From the NCBI GenBank assembly GCA_964016885.1, contig OZ024742.1:137268001-137332000 (forward strand): a DNA stretch of 64,000 nucleotides. The letters run 5' to 3'. Made by a program: the position numbers and the translations under genes. Source of the DNA: Eledone cirrhosa. Taxonomy: Eukaryota. Position 1 is the first letter of the stretch. The number at the start of each line of letters is the position of its first letter. The notes beneath the pieces are model-generated. The model worked only from the letters and a program-made list of their open reading frames with translations. It searched no databases and was not told the DNA's origin. Below are positions 28,310 to 42,038 of this stretch, in pieces.

Positions 28310-29075
28310 CATCATTGTTTGCTATCGAGTCGCAGGTTTAATATCAATGTTTTCCTTCTCCTGGAATGATAGCCTAACAAGAACTAATGGTCTCACACTC
28401 CCGGTGGACTAACTCTGCGTTCAGTCACCAAACAGAGTATTTCTGTCCCTGCTCATAGATATATACATGGTGGCTGCCAACTCGTTTTCGAGTACGGCCA
28501 CTACTTTATATCCATGTAGGAGAACCCCTACCGATGCGCTGAACGAGTGTGACTTTTTAGTCCAGCCAGCGACTTGAAAACTCTGGTACAAACACTACAC
28601 TTGTGACAATTATTGACACATAGTGCTGGGTCCATGGTACCATGTGACGACAAGTGCAGAGAGATATCCAGATATAAAGCAATGCCTGTGCCGTGAAGCT
28701 TTTATAGTGAGCAAAGGCACTGCACAAAGCCAGTCCCACTCTCTTAACCAAGATGACATTTACCAAAAAGAAGAACAAGTCAACATCATTGGATACCATC
28801 AGGGTTGCAGGTGTTATGTCAGAGTTTTCCTTCTCCTAGAATTCTGCCTTGACAAAGGCTAAGGGGTCATCTCGCCCGGTGATTTTGGATGGCCATTGAC
28901 TCTTAAGAGCTCCTTTGCCCTTTGACAGGTTTCGTTTTTAGTCCTGCAGGATGTCCAAAGTCACCCTCCTCACCAAGAAAACTTGGTGGGGTTGCCAGTT
29001 TAGTCGCCAACGACCCGACCATGAGACAGGTTGTACTGGGATACATGTTACCAGTAGCACCAAGTGGTGACCTGA
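28310..29075. mobile_element. Degenerate retroposon-derived segment (possibly RTE 5' region)
   Basis: Internal repeat gttttccttctcct.gaat at about 28349 and 28823; homology to 9531-9629; higher GC than the flanks. Confidence 0.4.
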
Positions 29076-29157
29076 CATATGATATATACATACATATATA
29101 CATTCATACATATATACATATATGCATACATACATAGATACACATATATATACATAC

Positions 29158-29345
29158 AATCGTAATGTTGTGAGTTCGATTCCCGAACCGGGTGATGCGG
29201 TGTGTTCTTGGGCTAGACACTTTATTTCACGTTGCTCCTTCTACCTGGAGTTGCGACCGATAGATAGTATTACCAATTAGAAAGACCAATGTAAACATTG
29301 TTTCCTCGGTCCGATTTGACGAAAGTCGATCGACTGTCGAAATAC
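29158..29345 (+). mobile_element. Chimeric SINE (family 2 head plus distinct body)
   Basis: B-box gagttcgattcc; after ttcacgttgctcc it continues with a body shared with 45166-45380. Confidence 0.75.
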
Positions 29346-30752
29346 ATATATTCATACATATATACATACATAGATACATATATACATACATGTATACATA
29401 CACACTTAGATATATACACACACATTAATACATACAAACATGCATACAGGGAAAAAACGAAGGGGAATTCTTTACAAGGCTGCAGATCATTCTAGATATA
29501 GCAAGAAAAACACATACTAGTGTTTTAAAAGCTCATGAAAATGTACTTCAGTAGCGTCTTCGATCAGAGTAATTTCGGCAAATATCAATCCTATCATTTT
29601 AACGGAATTTCTAGGATATTAAGTGATCCTTTGAATAGGAAAAGGTGTGTCCTTTTTATTCTAAAAGATTCAGAGACTATGTATAAGATTCAGCTTTAAA
29701 TGACTTCAACTAAATGAACTCCAGATTCGCATTACAGTGACACTTGGGTCTATAAGAAACTACAGCGAAAAATACGCTCATACGTACGAATTTAAATGCG
29801 TACAAACACACAGAATGAGTATGGATTGGTCAGGACATCGAAAATAGTTTGCTCTCAGAAACGATTACAAAACATTATAATAATTAATTTCTAAACCCTG
29901 TCTTATTCTTTTCAGTGTTCAGCATTTATATCTGACTAGGATTTGAAAACTCATCAAGAAACTCCTCTTTCCTTTGATTGGATATTCACATCAACTCAAC
30001 ATTGCGTTCTAATATATCAATAAGGCCATCTTTAATTGAGTAGAACATTAATGAGTACACACACTAATATATATATATATATATAAACATATACATACAC
30101 ATACACACACACACACTCACACACACACACACACACACATACACACACACACACACATACTCTCAAACACACACACTCACACACACACACACACATATAT
30201 ATATATGATATTATATATCACGTCACATACAGATTTAATTATGTAATTCGTATGGTGCCATTTAAAAAAATATATTTGTTGCAAGCCTGCCACCAATTAT
30301 TTACATTCTCACAGACATGTCTTTAAATGAAATGCTATATTGCTGAAATAATTTTGAGTTTGACACACTTTAGGTCAGTCAGTGTATATGAAAGTGCCTT
30401 CTAAAGTGATTATTTATCATATGTTGCGTTTTTATAAACAATGAAACGGTATATTGAATTTCAAATGCCAGAGATATCGCAGATTGATTTATGAAATAGG
30501 CTGTGACAAAAGAACCTATAATCAAATGTGTTCAGATTAAACTTAACAAAGAACTAAGTAAGTAAGAAAGAAGATAGAACTGTAACGAAAAATAGCTCAA
30601 TGTATCTTTACAATTGTTCTGTGGAATAGTAGGTTAATTATATGTCTAAACTTTGCTAGTATTCCGATAATACCAAACGAAAGTTTGGAAGAAACGATTG
30701 TCAGCAATAGAATGTTTTGAACATAATTTTGATTATTCTGTAATATATATAT

Positions 30753-30792
<40 letters not shown>

Positions 30793-30793
<1 letters not shown>

Positions 30794-31192
30794 GGGAGTG
30801 TAACTTGGAGTTACTGCAGGTTCACCGGGGTGAGCACTCGAGGTTTAGATTCACTTCCGTGTTGAGGTGTAGAGCTATACAGAGTATAATATATTGAAAG
30901 GATAACAAGGACGATTGGTTACTCCTTCATTACATTTATTGGTAGGTTACGCGCGTTTCGCCACTGATCAGCTCAAGGTTCGATCTGTATCGATCTTATT
31001 CGACTCAATAATCGGCAGCTCGACGGACCCATTTTCTTATACCATTTTAAAGGGTCCGTCGAGCTGCCGATTATTGAGTAGGGTAAGATCGATACAGATC
31101 GAACCTTGAGCTGATCAATGGCGAAACGCGCGTCACCTACCAATAAATGTAATGAAGGATTTACCAAACGTCCTTGTTATCCTTTCAATATA
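30793..31192. mobile_element. Fold-back mini-PLE (family E) with one-sided tail
   Basis: Arms 30889-31030 and 31052-31192, 21-bp spacer, tail 30793-30888; (TA)n on both sides. Confidence 0.85.
31052..31138 (+). ncRNA. HHR-like motif with variant core CCGUCGA (mirror at 30944-31030, -)
   Basis: gggt CCGTCGA [gctgccgatta...tgatcaatggc] GAAAC gcgc GTC acct, then AATAAA. Confidence 0.6.
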
Positions 31193-31458
31193 TATATATA
31201 TTTATATATATTATATTTCAACGTATGTTTTTTTTACTAGACATATTCCAGCAAATTTAGCATATATGCCACTGATGACAGCAAGACAGACAACTCGTTG
31301 TGCTTTGCTGTCCACTTGTCTGGTGATTTTTTGAATACACATGTGAAGCTCTAGAATAGCAAGTCTCATCACTTAGCCAGAATAAAGCAGATTTAAACTA
31401 TATTTCCGTATTGAGTATTCATTGTCTCGTCAAACAACATCATACGGTTATGTAGACA

Positions 31459-31489
<31 letters not shown>

Positions 31490-32234
31490 GCGTATCTGTT
31501 TTTTTGTGCCTGTGTGTGTCTGAGTGTGTGTGGACAATGTATGATTTAGCAATGTATGTGTAGCAAACAGGTAATTTGCATAATAACATTAAAAACCATG
31601 CTTCTATATCATACTGGTAAACAATTTTAAGCACTTACACTTAGATTATATTTGTATGTGTAAGAGTATATATATTTTATTGTGTCTCAATACCTGTTTG
31701 TGTCAGAGAGCGTTTGACTTTATGTATACTTATATATATCAAATTGTTATAGTTACAGATATCAAATAGTTATCCGTCCATATATCAAATTGTATACTTA
31801 CATATATCAAATTGTTAGAAATAAGCATTTATAGCTTCTTATTTCGATTTATTCATAACGCCATGAATAACTCGCAAAACCACATGTGTTTATTTGATAA
31901 ATTTAGAGACCTTTAAGTCACAATACATCAAAGGAGAAACTACAACGGACGACCAAATCCTGAAACAAATAACTATTTTTTCTGCTAGAATTTCCACTGT
32001 CTGGTGAATATATACAATTTTCTTCCGATTTTACAAATGATTTGATCTTGAAAATGATCCAAGGGGTTTAACAGCGATTTATGTTGATAAAGATCAGAGG
32101 AAAAGAATATCAAATAAATAGAAGGCAATTTATTGTATAGATATACAGATTAGAAAGCATGTGAAATTATCACAATTTGCTATCTCCTTGTAAATATATG
32201 TAGTTATTTTAGTCAGCTAGTATTGTGGGAAACA

Positions 32235-32391
32235 ATTCAGCGGAGACGCAATATAGGAAGACCTGCTCGAACATCAACTCTCAGATGATGCAAACCTCAG
32301 TAGGGGGCAGTTGCCAATAGCAATGGAAAATCGCGAATTGTGGAGAGTCTTTGTCAGGAATGTTCGACTGTGCTCGCAATGATGATGATGA
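32235..32391 (+). mobile_element. 3' end of RTE-type LINE
   Basis: RRRNIGRPART...QLSDDA...LPIAMENRELWRVFVRNVR then a (TGA)n tail. Confidence 0.75.
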
Positions 32392-35147
32392 TTTTAGTCA
32401 TTACGAGAAACATCGCATGTTTCTAATTGGATAGAGCATTAATGAGCACATATATATAGATAAAGATATTATATATCACGTCACATACAGATTTAATAAT
32501 ATAATTCCATCTAAAGACAAATTATAGAAATTACATAGCATCACCAGAAATAAAATATAAAGTGATTATTATAACCACAGGTGTGACATAATTTATAAAG
32601 GAGCATACTAAATAGTATCTAGCTTTTAGTATTGATACTGCTATCTGAGTTGAAATTCATTTAGAATATGTTATTACTTTAACAAATGTTATTTACTCTA
32701 AAGTCAAATAAAACTAATCTGTCTCTCCCACATTGCGTCCGCTCCCTGTCGTCGCAATAACAACTTCACCCACACTTTGCTTCTTAATGTTTGCTCTTTG
32801 AAGTTCCTTCCCAGCACAGTCCTTTTGTCGGTTATATAGTTATAACTGTTGAGTAAGGATATTAATCAAAAAGAATTCACTAGCTCGGTGAGCTTGTGAA
32901 TGTCATTTACACAGCCCATTGCTCAAGACAAATGAAATAAATAAAGTTAGCTTTAATAAAACACATTTATGAATAAATGCATTCCAGATAAGATGAATTG
33001 GCATAGTCTATCCAGAATTACATCAGATATATGTCCTTCAAATTAAAGCCAATATTGTATTATTGAAATGATATTTGATTTCTATCTCACTCGGGTTAAA
33101 AATACATGTACAACATTGCTAGTAATCCAGTAGCTGTATGCAATGCGACTATCTCACAATTTAAGAATATGAATTTCTGAGAAATGCTAGTCACTTTTGA
33201 ATACGGAGATTCATTGAATTTTAAAATTCTATAGATGTCACATTCGTTGTAGGAATCATTTCATTCGATGAAACTGATAGATATCTGTATCTAGAAATGA
33301 TGTTGTCGGACTGAACCCCACCTTACGCAGAAAACACATAAGGTGAAAGGGTTGATGCAGCGCGTGCTACTGGCTGTTCTCTGAGGTAATACCTTCTCGC
33401 TATTTTGTTCGCAAGGCACAACTGAATTATACAGTTTAGATTAGGGTGTAAACTACGCTCCTGTCTCACTCTTCTCATCAATTTTGTTATTCCTTTTTTT
33501 TTTTTCTATTGCAAACATTATAGAATTCAATTGAGATTTCATGAATAATATAGACGTTCATTTTCAGATGTTAACAGTTGTGAAACTTATAATATAATTA
33601 CAGGCAAAACAAATCCATTACTAAGAATTCAAAACATTTTGCTACGATAGCGTACATTTTTCATATTCTGCATCAAACTGTTATTCAACGATAGTTTGCT
33701 GTCGGTATTGATTAGTTCCATATCTGGCCTGATGGAAAAGACCAAAGACCAAAGGCGTTCCAGCAATGACCATCATGTTTTTTGTATACATGACGCTACA
33801 CTGTTAAAAGCACCCGTCTTTCTCTTTAGGATGGTATAGTGTGAGTTGAAACATATTTGGCTACTAGTTCTAGCATTTCAAGTGACACCCTATATGGTTT
33901 ATATTGGATACGAAACTTACACCATATTCGACTCACAATCCTTGCAGCATAATCCATCAAATATTCGACATTACAAATACCATTATTGTATATTTGTGTC
34001 TAATGTCAGGGTGTGGTCACTTGAATCTATATTAATATACACCTCGTAGAATTCTTAGATGGGAGTATCTTCATAGGCTGACGTTTTAATAACGTCTTCT
34101 TCCGTTGTTTCTTCATATAAACATTGACAACGAGAGAACATCTACCAAGCTTTTCAACCTGTTATAATGATATCCAGACTCTACTTCAAATCACCCCAGT
34201 GATCATTAAAAATATAAGGGGCGATATATTCAATCATGTATACGTACATACATTCAAAGAGAGAAGATAGTTACAGTTCGAAATATGTATAATAGTATGG
34301 TTAGAATTGGTTAAATCCTCTTATACTTAGATAGATGACGGACAGTGTTGGTGGTGGGGGTGGGGCATTGTATTAGTAAAGAAGGTTCTGTTGTCTTGCA
34401 TTACCTAAGAATTCAAGTTCGCACATATTTCTAGACAACATAATCGCAGTTCATTCCAATGTGCATATCTAGAATCTTCAGTCATACGATATTTTATTCT
34501 AGATACGCCATGCACGAGAAAAACACGGAATTAATATGGTTGAAACGCCTTTGATCAAAGTTATTAGCAACGAGAGCGGATTTGTGGCGAAAGAATATCA
34601 ACATATTGAGAAATATCAGAAATATCTGCCGCATTATCGGCTTTATATAACTGTATCAATTATATTATAATACTGTGGATGGTGGATTCTGGCCTTGGAT
34701 CAATCACGGATGAACATACACATGGCCTATTCTACTAGCCCACAGAAGACCAATTAAGTATTTATTGTTCAACTTTAAAGAATCCATTTTCTCTCGAGTC
34801 AGATGGATACTAAACAAATATATGTAATTTAAAATATAAAACAAATATAAAACAAATATAAAATACGTAATTTCTGGATGCGTGTGACGCTATGCGTTTG
34901 AGTTTACTATGAATACCGTTGGAAGTAGAAAAGTAGACAAACCGTAGGTGTTTTTGATAGGCATATACATATGCATGTAGGTGTATACTACATTCTTTTT
35001 AGTATTATAGAGTATTAGTGAACAGTTTGCACATACTACAATGAAAGAGATTCTTATATACTAAGGTAACCTCCTGGATAATAATTGTTTGTGCTTTTGT
35101 CACAAAGTCGGCAATTTGAAGTGAAGAGGGAAAATCAAATAAAATCA

Positions 35148-35347
35148 ATCCCAATGCGTTACTGGTACTTTGTTTTATCGGCCTCGTAAAGATGAAAGGC
35201 AAAGTTAACCTCAAATCCCGCTGAGGTTAGATTTGCTTTTCATCCTTACGATGTTCGATAAAATAAATTACCAGTAACGCACTGTGGTCGACTTATTAGA
35301 CTTTCCTTTCTCCTCAAATTGATGACCTTTCGCCAAATGTAGAAACC
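35148..35347. mobile_element. SINE family 1 with inverted 5' portion
   Basis: Reverse-oriented body (about 35150-35212) joined to a forward body starting tcaaatcccgctgagg. Confidence 0.7.
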
Positions 35348-35695
35348 TACAGTATATATGATCATGAAAATGGCCACTATAACCTACCAAAATGTTAGAC
35401 GACTGATTATGTATTCATATAAAGTTAAATAGTTTTTCTCAGTTGGGGAGTGAGTCATCGTGAGATACAAACCAGATGGTGGAGAAACAATAAAGGAGCT
35501 TGCCAAGTGATCTAACGATTTTGTTTTTATATATGATTTCTTTATATTAAGTATGCAGTTTTCTTTTCAACTCATATGTGTGTTCTATGTTTCATTTCTA
35601 ATTCGAGCCAAACAACATATATCTATAGATGTATCTGAATGATTCTCTATGATATAAGAAATATTATTCTGAAATTGTATGCATGCAAGCAGTTG

Positions 35696-35755
<60 letters not shown>

Positions 35756-35761
35756 TGTATA

Positions 35762-36186
35762 TGTAGGAGGTGAGTTTTATTGTAGTACAATAAAGCAATG
35801 CAGATATCGGATAAGAAGCACTCTACAGTTTGTGGGACTGGAGTATGCATAATATAAGATCAAAAGATGGTTAAAGGAGTTCCATATATTTTATTATGCG
35901 CATTTCAAAAACAAACATCATCATGCAATAATATTTGTGTTTTCATCAGATAAAACAGGAGAACATGATATGAAGGCTAAAAAACACTTGTGGATAGTGC
36001 AGTTTTAAATCAACATATATGTTGATTTAAAACTGCACTATCCACAAGTGTTTTTTAGCCTTCATATCATGTTCTCCTGTTTTATCTGATGAAAACACAA
36101 ATATTATTGCATGATGATGTTTGTTTTTGAAATGCGCATAATAAAATATATGGAACTCCTTTAACCATCTTTTGATCTTATATTAT
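35762..36186. mobile_element. Fold-back mini-PLE (family F): spacerless 338-bp palindrome plus tail
   Basis: Palindrome 35849-36186 centred at 36017/36018 (caacata|tatgttg); tail 35762-35848; (TA)n on both sides. Confidence 0.9.
36080..36146 (+). ncRNA. Hammerhead ribozyme, family F (mirror at 35889-35955, -)
   Basis: ttttat CTGATGA [aaacacaaatattatt...gatgatgtttgttttt] GAAA tgcgca TA ataaaa; palindromic stem III. Confidence 0.85.
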
Positions 36187-36188
36187 AA

Positions 36189-36239
<51 letters not shown>

Positions 36240-36242
<3 letters not shown>

Positions 36243-36836
36243 CGTTTCTGAATTTGTTTAGCAAGATTCTTTATCTGAAATCGTGTGTTGAAACCGATAT
36301 TGTTATACTTTGGGAGGGTCATGTTGCCAATAAGAAACACACGCACCAGTTGCTTTCACTTCAATTTAATTTATTATATATTTATAAATTTACAAATTTA
36401 TAAATTTCTGGTTGGTTGGTTGGTTCCACAACCAGATAGTTGTTTATATATATATATAGTCATAGTTCTTTCGTCACACACTCTGTGACCTCTTCAGTGA
36501 CTGGGGATTTCTTTCTTCGTTTCTGTGCCTTTCCTTTCTTCTATCCTACGCCATTTTGTTTGTGTGTGGGTTCACACACAAACAAAATGGCGTAGGATAG
36601 AAGAAAGGAAAGGCACAGAAACGAAGAAAGAAATCCCCAGTCACTGAAGAGGTCACAGAGTGTGTGACGAAAGAACTATGACTATATATATATATAAACA
36701 ACTATCTGGTTGTGGAACCAACCAACCAACCAGAAATTTATAAATTTGTAAATTTATAAATATATAATAAATTAAATTGAAGTGAAAGCAACTGGTGCGT
36801 GTGTTTCTTATTGGCAACATGACCCTCCCAAAGTAT

Positions 36837-36844
<8 letters not shown>
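36240..36844. mobile_element. Fold-back mini-PLE (family G): 548-bp palindrome plus tail
   Basis: Arms 36297-36568 and 36573-36844 with a 4-nt loop; tail 36240-36296; a non-palindromic copy lies at 46425-46745. Confidence 0.9.
36639..36683 (+). ncRNA. Minimal hammerhead ribozyme, family G (mirror at 36458-36502, -)
   Basis: agtca CTGAAGA g-gtcaca-gagtg-tgtgac GAAA gaac TA tgact. Confidence 0.85.
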
Positions 36845-36917
<73 letters not shown>

Positions 36918-37659
36918 AAAATATATAAATATATATATATATATATATAAAGTAGCGGGTAATGTGTGGAAGCCCGAGTATGCTATAGTTTTACAATGTT
37001 ATATTTATCATTATTTAAGTATTTCACAAACAACTTTTAGTTATATAACCTTACCCAAAGATTGTGTGTGAAACCAGGAAATTTCTAACAAAATTTCGAA
37101 ATTTAGGTTTAACATTAGGAAAAGCACACACACATACATACACACACGCACACACATATATTCACACATACCCCCCCCTCCACACACACATACTCTGTAA
37201 TGTAATACAGCCAAAAGGGCGCATGGCGGGAAAATACTTTGAAAGGAAGTTGACCCTAAAATGGGAATACAAATGGAATAAAACAAGTTTCGAGTAAATC
37301 GAAGCACGGGTTCCCGAGATATGGGGTTTTTCCGGGTACCTTCACAATCAGAGAGAGAGAGAGAAAGATAGAGAGCAAGAGATGGTGGTTGTGAGAGAGT
37401 AGATTGAAAGAGAGACATAGAGAGAGGGAGAGGAAACAGAGAAGGAGAATGGAAGAGCGAGAGAGAGAGAGAGCTGGTGGTGTTGTTGTGTGTGTGTGTG
37501 TATGTATATGTATATATGTCTGTGTGTGTATATGTCCATGAACAGTGTATATAGATCACAGACACCCACATATATATACACACACACACGCACACATTTA
37601 TATATACACACACACATGCACATATACACACACACACACACACACACAGACACACACAC

Positions 37660-37693
<34 letters not shown>

Positions 37694-37775
37694 GCATGTA
37701 TGTATGTATATATAGTCTTTCCATCCTTTAAAATATATCTTCACGAACAGGCATTGCACGATAGAATTAATTAAT

Positions 37776-37956
37776 TGTTTCTACTTTTGGCACAAGGCCA
37801 GCAATTACCCAGTGCATTACTGGTACTTTATTTTATCGACCCCGTAAGGATGAAAGGCAAAGTCAACCTCGGCGGGATTTGAACTCAGATCGTAAAGGGA
37901 CGTAACTATGCTGGAAAGCATGGCGTCCGACCCTCTACCGATACTGCCAATCCACC
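37776..37956 (-). mobile_element. SINE family 1 with about 20-bp target-site duplication
   Basis: Full copy flanked by gcacgatagaattaattaat at 37756 and 37957. Confidence 0.9.
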
Positions 37957-38378
37957 GCACGATAGAATTAATTAATAATTATTAATAATGGTATATCGTG
38001 CAATGGCCATACTCGATAATGAGGGGGTAGCCATCATCATCATGTATATACAAACACACACATTTATATATATATATATATATATATATACATACACACA
38101 TGTATGTTTCCAGTTTCATTAATTATTTGAAAATTATTATTAAGTGAACATGATTTTTAAAAAATATTTTGAAATGAACGTGACCCAACGGGTAACGTTC
38201 ATTTCAGAGGTGGTCTAGTACTGTTTCAACAGGTAGTTCCTGGACTCTTTATGATATAAACATACTCTGATGAGTAATGGTCTAACCAGTTTTAAATTCA
38301 ATCCATCCTGATTTATATATATTTATATGTATATTTGTACAGAGAGAGACAGTGAGCGAGAAAGAGTGAGAGAGAAGT

Positions 38379-38513
<135 letters not shown>

Positions 38514-39538
38514 GGAGAGAGGGAGAGAGAGAGAGATATTGATAGTTAGAGAGTTAAGTAGACAGTAGATAGTTAGATATAGAAAACCACATTTTTCAGT
38601 AGCAAATTTGTAATTAAATGTCTACTTTGAACGTCTGTCTTCCACATGTACATGTATAGATTATGTGAAAGAAGAGTGCAATACAGACTTAATACACGTT
38701 AATGAGGCAAACAAACTTACTTAGTTTATTTCTACTTATGCTGGATTCTGATTATTATATTTTATTTTATTTAATCTAAAATTTCTGTTTACTAATTACG
38801 TAACTACTCTTTATGATAAGAAATGAAATTTACACACTTACACGCACACAGGGGAAAACGTACCCTGTGTGAGGATATGGTATAACTGTATAACTAAGAG
38901 ATTAACATTGAAAAGGACATGATGCATGTAGTTAGAATTTGATTGCCAGATATAACATTACAGATACTGTTAGACTGGAGATATGCAGTAAAAAAAAAAA
39001 AAATTGAGTGTATGACCAATTTTATTGCGTACACATAAAATCCCACGCATCCAAACACTCAAACGCATACACACATAGTTACATACACATGGAATTACAT
39101 ATCATATTCAAAGCCCAGCTAGGTAAAATATTTTATTATGTGTACGTACGTTTTTTTCTGAAGTCATGAGATTTAACATTTAAATATTATTCTCAATGCA
39201 GTAAATATTTTAGTATCAGCTTATTTACCGCTGTGCTGAGACTATTGTTTCATTGTTTCGTCTCGCTGTTCTTCACACCGTCTAGTTCTAGCTGTTACTA
39301 CCAGCTCACATTCTTCATTCTATGCGTATATTTTACTAACTTTCTTCTTCAAATGTTTCGACATTAGCGAAGGAGTCATGACACAACTTTCATCGTCATT
39401 TTAACTAGATAACTGGACAACAGCTTCCAGATGTCAGCATGTATGCAGATAGGCTAACAGACAGACATTCTATGTAAAATGCTGAAATTTTTGGCTTTTA
39501 AGCTTTGAGAACGTGTATGTGTATATATATATATATAT

Positions 39539-40868
39539 ACGATATTAACAAATGGAAACTATATTTATAAACCATATTTATTTCATTATACATATTTCAA
39601 GGATACCAAGTTAAATTATGGTATGCCTTCATCAGACAAAATACAATATATACCAGTTTTATAAATAAACTTTAACGTACCCGTTCAAAAATGCGACCAT
39701 TACCTTTGGAAGACATCAGGATAGTGGTTTGTTTATATTATTTTAGTAATTCGTAGTGTTAAGGATAAGTAAAAAGACGGAGAGAGAGAGAGAGAGAAAT
39801 GTGGAGAAAAGAAAGGGAGAGATAAATAAAGAAAAAGAGGAAAGAGAAAAAAAACAGAGAAAAACAACAGAGATATCAAACCACCAGACAGAGAGAAAAA
39901 ACTCAAGAGAGAGAAATATAGAGATAGAGAGAGGGGGAGAAAACGAAAACCTTAAGTTGAGTTAACAATTGAGATGAAATGAATAAATAAAATTAGAAAT
40001 ATTAATATTTATGAATGGAATATACGTATATAATATGAGAAATTAATCATTGTTTAATTATGATTAGATATTTAGTTTAAAAAATTGAGATCAATATATC
40101 AAAAATTGGAATTTAAAGATCACAAAATATATATATTGCTAGAGAAATTACCTATCGTACAGCACATACATATAGGCAAAGATACATAAATATATATATA
40201 CACATACACTCAGAAAGTACACACTATATCTACTCCCGCATATAATATATACATACAAAGCATAACTGATTTTTTTATTACTGCTATACATTCCCTGTGT
40301 TATTAAATAAAATTCTTAGTATATATATATAAATATATAGGATTAACTTTCATACATTTATGGCTGTTAAAATTATGCATATCTGCATATCTCTATCTCT
40401 ATATCTCTATCTCTATATTTCTCTCTCTTGAGTTTTTCTCTCTGTCTGGTGGTTTGATATCTCTGTTGTTTTCCTCTGTTTTTTTTCTCTTTCCTCTTTT
40501 TCTTTATTTATCTCTCCCTTTCTTTTCTCCACGTTTCTCTCGTCTTTTTACTTATCCTTAACACTACGAATTACTAAAATAATATAAACAAACCACTATC
40601 CTGATGTCTTCCAAAAGTAATGGTCGCATTTTTGAAAGGGTACGTCAATGTTTATTTATAAAACTGGTATATATTGTATCTTGTCTGATGAAGGCATACC
40701 ATAATTTAACTTGGTATCCTTGAAATATGTATAATGAAATAAATATGGTTTTATAAATATAGTTTCCATTTGTTAATATCGTATATCTACTACAAATACT
40801 TGTCGAGTGCTTTATATCAGTTATAAAAATATTTACTTGTTGTATCCCAACAATTTAAATAGAACTTT

Positions 40869-40872
<4 letters not shown>
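39539..40872. mobile_element. Truncated, ORF-less copy of the family H Naiad element with long inverted repeats
   Basis: Arms about 39539-39930 and 40405-40782, tail to 40872; homologous to 48868-49780; HHRs at 39579-39643 (-) and 40678-40741 (+). Confidence 0.88.
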
Positions 40873-40940
<68 letters not shown>

Positions 40941-40943
40941 CAT

Positions 40944-41400
40944 ACGATATTAACAAATGGAAACTATATTTATAAAACCATATTTATTTCATTATACATA
41001 TTTCAAGGACACCAAGTTAAATTATGGTGTGCTTACATCAAATAAAATGTAATATAGAGCAGTTTTTATAAATATATATTGACATACCCTTAAAGAACGC
41101 AACCATTACTATTGGAAGCTCCCGAGATCTCCGGGAGCTTCCAACAGTAATGGTTGCATTCTTTAAGGGTGTGTCAATATTTATTTATAAAACTGCTCTA
41201 TATTATATTTTATCTGATATAAGCACACCATAATTTAACTTGGTGTCCTTGAAATATGTATAATGAAATAAATATGGTTTTATAAATATAGTTTCCATTT
41301 GTTAATATCGTATTTTTACTCCAATTATTTGTTGAGTGCTTTATATCAGTTATAAAAATATTTGCCTGTTATATCCCAACAAATTAAATTGAACTTTCAC
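40944..41400. mobile_element. Fold-back mini-PLE (family H subfamily) with tail
   Basis: Arms 40944-41124 and 41132-41312, tail to 41400. HHR cores have decayed (CTGATAT on +, TTGATGT on -). Confidence 0.85.
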
Positions 41401-41560
41401 ATATATACATACATATATATATGTATATATATATATAAATATAACGAAGGAAATGTGGTAAGGAACCAGGTGGACCATAACGCACCAAAGTACTCAATAC
41501 TTGAGGTAGTAGAGTGGGTAATAGGAACCAGTAAGACCCCGACAGCTGAGCTCAAGCCGA

Positions 41561-41596
<36 letters not shown>

Positions 41597-41739
41597 TGTG
41601 TGTGTGTGTGTGTGTATGTATGTGTGTGCGTGTGTGTGTCTTGTTAAATGTGTGCATGGTCATGTTGTTAATATTGTCACTGAAATTACACGTATTATTT
41701 ATTTTTCACTTTACCTTTATTATTGGTTATTATTTAGTT

Positions 41740-41970
41740 GGTCAAAATTCTTCCGTCGAACATTCGGCGACCTCATCAAGTGATACTTTTGCCTCTGTGC
41801 CTCCTCTTCTCTCTTCTCTCTCCGCCTATTTTGTTTGCTCTATCCTGTATTGAGGAAAACTACCGCTGAGAGATGTGGATTAAACGAATTAAGAGCAGAA
41901 AGAAGAGAACGCACAGAGGATACAAATAGTAATTGAAGAGGTCAAACATGTGTGATGAAAGAACTTTGAA
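41740..41970. mobile_element. Old divergent inverted pair of family G-like HHRs
   Basis: Plus strand agtaa TTGAAGA ggtca..tgat GAAA gaac TT tgaa (41928-41970); minus strand TTGATGA ggtcg..cgac GGAA gaat TT tgacc (41740-41784). Confidence 0.55.
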
Positions 41971-41973
41971 AAA

Positions 41974-42038
<65 letters not shown>

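Noticed and set aside
28915-28960. Minus-strand GAAAC-ct-GTC resembling an HHR half
   Set aside because: No properly placed CUGANGA core.
38171-38300. Hairpin at 38171-38205 and CTGATGAG at about 38267
   Set aside because: No downstream GAAA..NUH with pairing stems; not an HHR.
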